Source: Chrysomallon squamiferum (lineage: Eukaryota > Animalia > Mollusca). From it: a stretch of 64,000 bases of DNA. The notes beneath the pieces were generated by a model. The model ran no database searches. It had not been told where the DNA came from and worked only from the letters and a program-made list of their open reading frames with translations. The stretch is from the NCBI GenBank assembly GCA_012295275.1, contig CM022670.1, positions 34,472,001-34,536,000 of the forward strand. Reading direction: 5' to 3'. Positions 50,661 to 64,000 of this stretch are shown piece by piece (position 1 is the stretch's first letter; the number at the start of each line of letters is the position of its first letter). Both the position numbers and the translations under genes were made by a program.

Positions 50661-52599
50661 TAAAAGCTACTTTTAAAATTTATCATTACTGGTACAAGTT
50701 TTCTAAGATGGTCCCATTTCTTTCACTCCTGAATACTAAAATTACAGCTAGATACTAGTTGAGTTTCTACTACTGTGTATCCTGTCGAATGTTTAAATAT
50801 TTGTTTACATTTACCACAAAGAAACTGTTCATTTTGCTCTGTCTCTTTCAGAATCACGCATGAACGTTCCTGTAAGAAAATCACAAATATTTTATAATAA
50901 AAACATATCATGTTGAATATTTAATACATTATTACTGTGTGGCTATTACAGGTGGTTACTATTGTTGATCTTGTTAAATTTTTGAGGTGCCAGAAAACTG
51001 ATGGTACATCTGTTTATATATAAGCAGAGACATATACATACATTTTATATAAATGGTTTAGGTATATTATTATTATTATTATTATTATTAAATAAAGATA
51101 TAAATACAACTAACTATACCATACATGCACAAATACACCAACACCCACACCCACAAATACACTACACTCACAGACATACATATAGACACAAATATGGATA
51201 TCTATAATACTTATCAACACAATGCAAAACACAGAGAATATGTGAACTGTTTATAACTGAATACAAGACATCACTTACCATACAGAGAAGAGTGTGCATG
51301 CTGAAGCAGGAGAATAAGAAAATCTTCATTAGACTCAAATGAACAAGGAAACTGTTGCCAGATCTGAAAATAACAGATATTAATAATGACGTAGTGCAAG
51401 CTTTAGAATACAAATTAAATACTTTTTTAATAATAATATCAACACAGTTAGTGCAGCAAATATAAATGTTTTACATAATGAAATGTATTCAAATATTTCA
51501 AATTTTTCAAATAAACATTTAAAGAAATAATTATTAATACAACTATAGACAAGAAATGAGACACAGATGAAAATTCTATTGCTACCCAATATTCATATAT
51601 CTTACATATTAAAATGTACTCAAGTAATTTTTAATGTAATTGTATAACATGGATTCAGATGAAAATTCTATTAGTATCCAGTGTTTTAAACATTAAAATG
51701 TATTTAAATATATCAAATTATATCAAAACATTTCTTAAATATTAAATAGTGATTATATATAACCACACACATGCACACACACACACACACACATACACAC
51801 ATACACATACAAACACACAAACTGACATACAGAATACTCTGATGATGAACTTGTCCAATATTCATTTACTAAATTCAATATTTTCTCTCAGAGAAATGTA
51901 AAAGAGGGGGGAAACAAAGTTACTGCAAAAGTTTTCTAGTGAGTTTTAAAATATTTATTTACAAAATCTCTGCTTGTTACAGCCATTCAAGGAAGGATAT
52001 GAAAACTGTTCAGTACTAAAGACTTATCAGGACATTGCTCGTACAAGAGTAAAAACAATTTCAGGCATTTTTCTGGGGCTGATCACTTTCTCGTACCCAA
52101 CATCTGTTACACATACATTTCTTAGATAATAATATTCAGTAATGACCTATGACCTATCTATGAACTATTTCACAACATGGTTGACAACGTGTGAATATGG
52201 CTGTGTATTTTGTTTTGCCCATTTTATTTAACACAGAAACCAACAAAAATAAATGGATACATTTGGATTTCACAAATTGGATTGTAATTTTTTTTTAAAT
52301 TTTTTTAATATCTCACAAAATTCATTCCCTTGATGATTCAATTCATTTGAATAAATTCTCTGTTAGGTATTATGTAATATTAAATATTTTTTCAAAGCAA
52401 ATGAATAAAAATCATGGACATTTCAAAACTCAGTGTATATTCTAGAAATGTCAATATTCAAGGATTTATCATCTTCATCATTATCATCATCATTCTGACA
52501 TTGGGCAATGCAGATCATGAACCAACAACTGTGGAAACAATTAATGTACTTAAGGCTAATGTACTACAGATTGACAGCTCAGGAGTATTTTGTATACAA

Positions 52600-54119
52600 T
52601 TATCTACACAGTTGACACATACTATTATTTCACAATTTATTACCTCAGTTTCATGGGCATATCCTCCACATGCTCAAATGTAATCACACAAAACTCTTTG
52701 GGCAGAAATTCTGATTTCACTCATACTGTCCACCAACTGGACTTTATTCATGGAAAACCCTTGTTCTACTGATGCCTGTCCATGTGACAGTATAAGTAAC
52801 ATCCTAATATCTGCCCATACAGCTGTGCAGACATTGTCTTTGGCCATGCACTCTCCAAGAAAGTTGTCAAGATGAAATTTTGTACTTATTTATTAAAAAG
52901 TCTACGTTAAGGTAAATTTTCTCACTTTTGTTTTACTTTGGGCTTAAATATAATATAGATGTAGTGTACATGTTCACATGGTTTTGTTGTAAATTGATCA
53001 GGTAGCAGCCAACCAGGGATCATGATTAATACAGATCGTGTTGTGCAGTGTAATAAATAGATAGCTTTTTAAAACTGTCGACCATCTGGCTCAGATTTTT
53101 TTCCCAATAATATCAAAGCACTGAGTGACATTTCCCCTTCTATTCATTGCTCTGATCCCTAACCCTAAAATAAAAAATAAAACTAACCATAAGGCCTGTT
53201 CAAATATTACACTATATGCTATTTTTGTCAAAATTAAACACCCACACATCCCTTGTAACACTAGACTGTACAAAATATAAGGTAATGCTCAAAGATTCAC
53301 CCACCTCCAACACACAGACAAAGCCACGCTGCAATTTTTATTTATACCCATGTGTACTGCAGTGATGTCATTAATGTAATGTAATGCTGTAAGAGGGTAA
53401 AAAAAATCCTACAGGTTTTACCGTAAGCCATTTTAACTGATCAGCATATGAATACAATGTGAAAATTAAAATGTCTGGTGTATTAAAGCATTTCAGCTGG
53501 GTTTGTAATTGTACTGGGTTTACATTACACTGGACTGTCAATACTTAAAATTAATCTGTGACTTGTAAATTAGTGCTTCTTGTAATATGAATATATACTC
53601 TAAAATATTTTAAAAAAAAACAACAACACACAAATAGGGGTGCATTACAGCCCAGAAAACATGGGAAAACAAAATTGTATAACCTAATGCTGTTCAATAC
53701 ACCTCCCCCTTTGTAACACTTGGACTTAAATTATATCTCCACCCCCTAGGCATTAAGTAATAGTTGAATGACCCCTAAGTAATACAGAAGTTAATACATT
53801 TATTTTGTGTATAATCGAAAGGGCAGATAGTCTGAGATAATCTTTTGGGATCAGGCTAAATGGGACCACTATCAAAATGGAACCATTTTCACTGGCTAGG
53901 TTATAATGGCACCTCATTATATTGACCAAAAACAGGGTGTTGGGTTGGGGTTAAATATCGATGAAACAATTTTTCATACATTTTATTTACATCAAGGACA
54001 TAATTTTCCATAACTTTTTCATAGCCTAGGTAACAAAACCAGATTTTCCAAAACTTTCAAGGTGCTGGAAAACGCTGCGACAAATTTCCAAAACTTTTCC
54101 AAAACATGTATGAACCCTG
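52600..54119 (-). mobile_element. Degenerate hAT-family transposon (different family) in a pseudogene intron
   Basis: C-terminal dimerisation-type motif VWADIRMLLILSHGQASVEQGFSMNK...AQRVLCDYI at about 52680-52870. hAT-like terminus CAGGGTTCATACA followed by repeated ttttggaaa subterminal motifs at 54040-54119. Confidence 0.65.
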
Positions 54120-55294
54120 ATTTTTACTATTGTGTATGTGGAATACCTTGTAAAATATGCATTTAGGAAATTCTTACCTGCTAAACAGAAAAAAATAATA
54201 ATAATAACCCGCATCCAAAAAACAGCCAAACAAAAACAACAATAAAGAATACAGATCTTTTTTATCTGTTTAGTGCTTTATAATATATTTCTTTACAAAA
54301 CACCTGAAAACAGATTTTTACTATGGTTTCGGTGTCTTGAAAAATATTTATTGAGTTTTTACCTGCCAAACACAATTGAGGAAAAATAAGAAGATGGAAG
54401 ACTCTTGTCTGTGTTAAATTCTGCCCAGATGGGCATATCAGAATTCATCACTGATGAGGTGACATGCAGAATTTGTCATGTGACAGAGGTTAAGAAAAAC
54501 AGGGGAGACAATCACGACATGGGCAGGAGTAGCTATGCAAGAAATTATTTCCCTTGACTTAATTCCATACATGGAACAGCATGCACACCTGATGCTGACA
54601 TTTTACCTTTGTTGGGTAGACATACAAATAAAAATAGAGTAAAATATATAAATTAAAAATACACTAAAATATATAAAATAAAAATACAGTAGAATGTATA
54701 AAATAAAAATACACTAAAATATACAAAATAAAAATACATTTAAGTCAAACTAGCTATGATGAGCTGTATGAAGAATGCATCAGACTAACATTTTCATTAC
54801 TGAGGTGAGGGTCATAAAACTGTACATCTCTGTGCAAGGGTGGACAGCTGACCAGTGGTCAGACAGCAAGGACTAACACACATAATCACTCCTAAGGTAG
54901 AAAGACACAAAGAAAAACGTACACAAACCTTCAACCTGAGCCATCTTAGCAACACTTTGTGCCCGAATGTCAACAATGTATCCTTTTCAACCAATTGTGA
55001 GAACTGAGTTTATCATCTCCTCATCATCCTTACATCGTCTACTGCTCTGACCTGTCATCAGCTGACTGCCTCACAACATCACAGCCTAAGACAGAATGAA
55101 AATTTTTTTTTTTTTTTTTAAAAATTATAATTTTGATACCATTTCTGCCATTTTAACATTTCATTAACATGACAACCAAAAATACAAGAATGAACAAAAA
55201 TTGTTATGAAAATTCTGAATTAATATTTTCACTGCTGAGATTAATATCCCTAGGTAATTGAAAAAAATTTATCTGTTGCAGAAATAAACAATAC

Positions 55295-55880
55295 CTTAAA
55301 ACCACTGTATTGAACTGACAAAAAATGTATTACAATTTGTCAGAAATTCTGTTATAAATAAATGCATTTGGATAGGATAAACCAGTTATTAAAGCCTAAA
55401 GGGAACATCATTGTCAAAACCACTGCATTTGACTGACAAAATACACAAGAGATTATGTTTAAAAAAAAATACATTTTGACAGATATGAAAAAATCAATGG
55501 TAAAGTCAGCGTAAGAATCATAGTAGTCAACTGATAAAACTGTGTCACACTTACGTTTTAAATAAATATATTTTGACAGATGTATTATATGAAAAAAATC
55601 AAGATCAAAGTTATTGTACTGGACTGACAAAAATGTGATACAGTACACAGGAGGTTATGTTTCAAATAAATATATTTTGACAGATATATTATATGTAAAA
55701 AATCAATGGAAAAATCAACATCAACGTCACTGTACTGGATTCTCAACAATGCGATATATAAAATATACCAGGGATTCTGTTATAAAATGTATATTAATGC
55801 TCAGTGGAAAATTAATCATTAAAAATAATTAAAAAATCACTGTACTAGACTGACAAAAATATGATACAGTTCACCAAGAT
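55295..55880. repeat. Degenerate ~110-120-bp tandem repeat
   Basis: cactgta.t.gactgacaaaaat recurs near 55302, 55421, 55615, 55728 and 55838. Confidence 0.55.
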
Positions 55881-57060
55881 CCTATTAAAAGTGAAATGAT
55901 TTTTTTTACAAGTTAAATTTGTTACACAGGTAAAGTTATATTCAAAATCATGAAGCTGTCATTAAAGATATTCAAAAAGTTAAAGGATGAGGTAACAGAC
56001 ATGTAAACAGTTTCACTCATTTGAGACCCTCAAAGACCGAAATGGTTCCAAATATTATATCATTAGATATATAGAAAAATATAAAAAATCTGTTTAAAGA
56101 ATATTATGCAGAAAAAAAAACTTATTAAAAAAAGAAAGACAAAAAGAAGCATCAAGGAAACTTTTTTAGTAATTTTGTTCTCTTGATTAACATAACTTCA
56201 TAACATATCCCAACTTATTTATGTGGACTACAATTATTTATGTATTTTGTTTTTATTATCAACACATCTCTACTATACACTATCTAAATGTATTATCACC
56301 ACATCTATACTATAGTATCTAAACAAACAGCTATACACCACAATCTACATGAATAAGCTTATTCGTTAGATTTATCACTTATATTAATAATATTTTATTC
56401 AAAAAAACACCTTGCTTTCTCTGTGGTAGTAACGTGGGACAGGAAATTGTCTGAATGCATCTACTTTGACAATCATCTCATCATTGATACATTTTGGCAC
56501 AATCACTGCAAATCTGAAACAAATAAACAATACATATATATTAATAAAATTAAAAATAAAAATAAACTAAAATTTCAACATAATATATATATATATAGAT
56601 TCAGAAAAAAAATAAGTGTGGTGGTTGGTTAGGGATGGAGTTAACTTACTGGGAGTCAAGTTGTTTCCCAAAGATGATAACAAAACATATCATAATATGA
56701 TGTTCATACAGTAATGATTCTATTTTCAACCATAACTCAACATGGCCGCATTTTCACAAGGCCATGACCATCACAGTAACACTGTTCACTCCACCAAAAG
56801 TGAAATTCTTGCCCGATTTAAAAGTATAAAGATAATTATTTCAGTGACACTCGTTTGTAAAATCTTCAGGAGCTGAAAAAAGCTGTTCTGAATTTTTTTG
56901 CAAGAGTGTTATTAGCATTTATATTTAATTGTTGATATGTAATTGGTGCCATACTGGTAATATTATATAATAATAAATTCAGTGTCTATCCAATGACTGG
57001 CATTGTTCACCAGTAAGTACAAATATGTACATGCATTAAACTTTAAATTTGTGCTGGAGG

Positions 57061-58605
57061 CTGTTTGCTTTAGCCTGTGGTTTCGATGGGTCTATGATAT
57101 CGAACAAATGTAGGTAGATGAATAATATTTCTCGCCCATGAGAGCTTGTTTCGTCCTCTATTAAAAAAAAAAGTGTGCACATTCTTTAAGGCACTGACAG
57201 TTTACTTCATTTTGTACACTTTTACCATGCTTTCTCGGAGCCTGACACAAGATAATTATTACGTTTAAATTCAGATTTTGCCATAACGCGCTAGACTGCA
57301 CTGAAACATTTTTTTTTGTACATTAAGTGATGCTACTTGGTTGATCTGAACGACGACTCGAATATTAATGTTGCGCTGTTGTGATCGAATACACAACGAT
57401 CGTTCATTTTGTCTCGTGATTTTCTTAGTTCCTTTGATTTGTTCTAGTTAGTAAAAGGAGTGCTTTACAAAAGCCCCTAATTTTTATTTTGCGTTTAACA
57501 CACGGAAGACAACCCCTCCCTCTGTAATCTGAAATGATTGCTATGTGCAAAACACCTACGCTGCTTGAGTCATCTCGCCTGAAACATCACATGCTTTTTC
57601 TCATTATACTTCCGGCTACGAAGGTTTCCAGCAACTGTCCATATTTACCTTTTCATAATCGCTTAGCTGTTCAGATGTTCGGGAAAAGATGCAATGTAAT
57701 TTCATCACGTTTTTATTTGAAGAACTATCTGTAGTTTTTGTAACCGCAATAAACTTACACTCAGATGAGAATTTTTTTTCTCCTGACCTCTTAACAACAA
57801 AACAGCCTAATGTTGTTTTTTTCCCCATTTCGCTTTCTGGGCAGATCGGACATGATTTTAATACATAAAATACGAATTTGAACTTACTTGGCTGCGTGGA
57901 AATCTTGCAAACTAGATTGACTGGTGTGCCGTAATCAGTGAAACCGACGAAATTACGCTTACGCAGTGTGGCCAATGTACGTCACAAAACAAAGTTCGAC
58001 TGAAATTGCTTTTATTTTAATTACAGTTGTGAAAAATATCTCACCAAATACTTTTCTCGAGTTAAAGGAAAGAAAGCCTATTAATTTTTTACCGCCATGC
58101 TTTCTTCGAAGGTATGTATTGTAGGTTTTGAGAGTATCTTGCGTTTAGCCGAGATATTCTTAAAAACGGCAATACATACATTAGAATGATACATGGCGGG
58201 AAAATGTTTAATATATCTAATGCACTGTAGACTTTATTTCAGCTAATTTTTGAATGGATTTGGTGAGATATCAACCAACTGTAATTAAAATACATCCGAT
58301 TTCAGTCGAAAAAAAAAAAAAAATGATGTCACTACGTTGTTTTGTGACAAAGACTGGCAACCCTGTTACGATAAAGATGACATTATTAAACGTCACAGAT
58401 ACAAACCGTTTACGGGTTTTTGTGACATCATGTTTAATGTATTTTTACTAAAAAAATTACTAGCAAATTTTGACCAGGAGAGTGACTGTCAGTAAATTTG
58501 TAAAATTCACTAATTATGTATGGAATGAACATAAAAAATTTAAAAATTCTCAGGAGGGGGGGTGTGGCCAGACACACTATTCACCATCCTGGATCGGACA
58601 CAGTG
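57061..58605 (-). mobile_element. Second, more deleted copy of the hAT element at 20781-22530, including the same foldback (57971-58358)
   Basis: Colinear similarity, e.g. aatatttctcgcccatgaga, gtgatgctacttggtt, gtttccagcaactgtccat, ggaaatcttgcaaa, gccaatgtacgtcacaaaacaa. ORF remnant CKFIAVTKTTDSS...RTSEQL.D.EKVNMDSCWK. Confidence 0.85.
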
Positions 58606-59048
58606 CTGGTATGGTGGGTTTTGGCTTTCCGTTTGCCAGATCATACCTTTTTATTTCCTGAAGTTCACGTGTTTATTTGTTATTGTTGTTTATGCATTTT
58701 TTAACTGATATATCAAATATCAGTGCCAAAACATCACAGACTAACAAGAGATGGATGTCTCTGAAGCTTGGTATGTCTCAGCTTAGGGGCCTTTTTGGCA
58801 AAAATAAAATACAAAGGTTTTTAAAAATACAAATGAATAAAACTTTTTTTTTTTTTGAATGATTCATTCAGCTTTGCTTTTTTGATTGGCGCTTTGCTTC
58901 AACTGGGATTGGTTAGGACTATCCGACTTTATTAGGCTTGTACTAGTCATCTTTTAAAAAAAAAATCAAAATTTTAATAAAATAATAAATAAAATATAAT
59001 AAATTTTTTTTTTTAAAAATAACATAATAATAATCAATTTTAAATCTT

Positions 59049-59378
59049 TTATTCACAATATTTTAATGTTTTATATAACATTAATACTTGTTTACAACAT
59101 TTTCTTTTTCTTGACCATTTTAATATTCCTCTCATTCCTCTATACATTGTTTTATATTCTTCATCCATATCAGAATAATTTTGATGGCAAATCATTAATT
59201 GTTCAGATAATTCTTCTATCACATCGTTTAGAAATTGTTCGAATGGTATTTGCTTCCAATAATTGATTCTTGTATATACGAAATATAAATTTTCCAAACA
59301 ATATTCTCTTCTATGACGTTTATTTGTATACAATCCTAATGGTCCAAAATACTCGTGAATCCAATATATCTTCGTCAT
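59049..59378 (-). CDS. Orphan 109-aa protein, function unknown
   Basis: Intact ATG-TAA ORF in very AT-rich DNA. Canonical 91-nt 5' UTR intron (AAG|gtaagt 59491 ... tttacag| 59401). AATAAA overlaps the stop codon. Confidence 0.5.
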   Translation of the reverse strand: MTKIYWIHEYFGPLGLYTNKRHRREYCLENLYFVYTRINYWKQIPFEQFLNDVIEELSEQLMICHQNYSDMDEEYKTMYRGMRGILKWSRKRKCCKQVLMLYKTLKYCE

Positions 59379-61465
59379 TCTTCTTAAATGTTATATTAAT
59401 CTGTAAAATAAAATATATTAAAATGTTACAATAAAATTTAGTAAAATTAATCAGCTATATTTATTAAATAAAATAAATTAATTAAACTTACCTTTGGTTA
59501 TGGACATCAACAAATTTCGAAAATATTTTGAAGATAAAATAAATAATAATAATATATATATTTGAAAATTAAAACTTTCAAAATGTTGAATCATTCTAAC
59601 TGCGCAATTAATTTGATACTACTTCCTGATCATCCCACCACTTGGTATAAAAAATAGTAAAATCAATTGAAACCATTTAAGTCAAGTATTTTGTTTGAAA
59701 AAAGGTAACAAAACTTTCAACAAAAGAAAAACATCTTTAATCTTTTCTTTTCTTTTTCTCTTTCTTTTCTTTTCTTTTTCCCTTTCTTTTCCAAAATCTT
59801 TTCTTTTCTTTTTCAAAAAAACAGTTTCTTAGAAAACAAAGAGAACAATTTAAGTCAATTTGTGTCTTTTTTATAACAAGCCAAAACCTTCGCACTTTCT
59901 AAAGCTGGGCCTGGATACAATGTACTGTATTTAGTCGAAATTTACAGTACTAACAACAATAGTTTAAAAAAGCATAGTTTATGAAAGAAATAAAAGACAT
60001 GCATTACATTAAATGTCTGTAATAAAGATGCAAAAAGTGTTTTATACGATGCAAAGATGGACAAGTTGTTCCAATTATACATCAACCAGTTTTCTTGGCA
60101 TTAGAAGAGAAATTGTATTAATCAACAGCAGACATGTTCTTTCTGTTTGCTCTGCAGACAGTGGTACCAGATAAACACAAGTACGAAAACAGTCGAACAG
60201 ATCTAACCACCTAAACTTATGGATTTCATAATTATATTTAAATATCTATATATATAGCACATCTTCAATACAAGTATCAGAATGAGTAATATATATAAAT
60301 AATATATTTTTGAATATACAACAAACATAAATAGATACACTGATTTTGGAGTTACCTTGAAAAAAAAAAAAAAAAAAAAGTTAAAAAAACTAGTATCTGA
60401 GGTATTTATTTCTAATATAAGATGATGGAAAATCTAAAATAGATCACAAAAAAATATAATAATAAAAAAATAACGTTATTTTAAAATAAAAGTTGTTTGT
60501 GTTTTTTATATTTAACACAGAGGCATGGATTCCGACTAAATCTTAAATAAATAAACAAACAAAAACAAAATAATCTTGATTATTTCCGACACCACTACCA
60601 CAGTACCAGTATCATACCATTCCTACTTCTGTTACTAGAAACACCAGCATTACTGTTACTACTGCTGTTATCATTTCAACTGCTAGCTGTTGTTCCTAAT
60701 ACTACCACCACTACTACTACTGCAAGAACAGAAACAACTACTACAGCTACTACTGCTATAACATCGCCGTTGCTGCTGCTACAATTGTTACTACTTGTTT
60801 AGGATCACCATTTGTGCTTTTGTAGTAAATTTATACATCTGCATTTATAAAAGAAGAAAGTGACCGGCCAAAAAAATGTTATTAAAAATCCGTCCGTGCT
60901 AAAAATGTACTTACATCCACGCTTATTTTTTGAAAAGATTACTACTATATGTGTGTGCATTTAACAATAAATAACTAATTCGCAACAACAAAAACAAAAA
61001 TTTCCTTTGTTCCAATTGCTCTTTCTTTGGTGATCCACCACTGTTTGCTTACTTTAACATTAACGTTTACTGCGGATGCTGGTCAGTGTCTGAAGACAAA
61101 GCTTTCAGGCTGAAAACGTGTTAGTCTGATTAAAAAAAAGAGAGAACAAAATATATATATATAAAAACACACACACATACATATGTATGAATTGTTAGGC
61201 GTATCAAATAACAACAGCGTTGTAAATACGTTTTTTCTTCGCTACCTCATTACATGTTAATTGGATTTGTGAAATCTTTGTACGTTTCGATGACAACGAA
61301 CATCAAAACATAACGATAGATGTATCTGTATAAATACTTTAAACAATCAGATCCTCAAGGCAAACCTATATATTAAATATAATGTTACCGCTTATTAAGA
61401 CGTTTGATTAAGGGTATTTAGCTAAACAGATTTTTTCGGCGTACCAGTTGCTGTTTATCTGCAGC

Positions 61466-63402
<1,937 letters not shown>

Positions 63403-64000
63403 GTAAGTACTTTTTATTTATTTATTTATTTATTTTGTCAGTGAATTAAATGTAGGACACAAAATGTTATGGTTCCAAAAAGCTCACGTTCATGAAAAAA
63501 AACTCAGTTTTATTTTAAAAATTTTGCAGCTGCAAAATATGGGATACTATAGTAAGTTGTTTGGATTACTGGTTTCAGAATTGCTTACCAAGACTAAAGT
63601 CTTCCATATGTTTCAAACTGTATAAAAATCATCAATAACTGGTTAGTAGCGCTTGAATATTACATTGCTTTAAACAAACAAACAAACAAACAAATAAAAA
63701 TAATTTTTGAACAATCATTGTAAGTTATATTTCATTAAGAATGAAATTTCGATGTAACGTTTTGCCTCTGTTTGTGTGCGAAAAAAAAAAACAAACAAAA
63801 AAAACGTAATTTATATGAATATTTATAATGCCATATTCACCTCAATGTCTTAAAGCTTTGTTTTTAATTATTTAAAATGGGAGAAATACATGTGATATAT
63901 GTTTATTTCTTCCACCATGTTATTACACCGCAAATCATGTGATCTAAAAACTGCTTTCTGATTGGTCATAATAATACTAATATGAGAAAAACTAATTATT

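Noticed and set aside
49639-55085. Multiple in-frame TGA codons suggesting a selenoprotein
   Set aside because: They coexist with a TAA stop, frameshifts and exon loss, and fall at Arg/Ser/Trp-type positions of MTMR9, which indicates pseudogenisation.

Overview
AT-rich, intron-dense animal DNA; gene content and repeat types suggest a mollusc or other lophotrochozoan (inference). Left to right: the 5' part of CWH43/PGAP2IP (minus strand) lies head-to-head with a complete 16-coding-exon AASDH/ACSF4 gene (NRPS-like adenylation, PCP and PQQ-type beta-propeller domains). The AASDH leader appears to carry a spliced 48-codon upstream ORF, in frame with AASDH and separated from it only by a TGT-TGA stop plus three codons. 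Next come a stand-alone NHL-propeller gene and a nest of DNA transposons: a degenerate hAT interrupted by a TA-flanked TIR element with an OTU-protease fragment and carrying a ~410-bp foldback, then a Tigger/pogo element with a LINE inserted at its putative start codon. A divergent KLHDC9 / ZNF800-like pair follows, each gene with one +1 frameshift. The right third holds an intron-retaining MTMR9 pseudogene with hAT insertions and minisatellites, a compact 109-aa orphan ORF, and the start of a C-type lectin gene. Exon coordinates were read by eye from GT/AG boundaries. Protein identities rest on remembered family motifs, not database searches.
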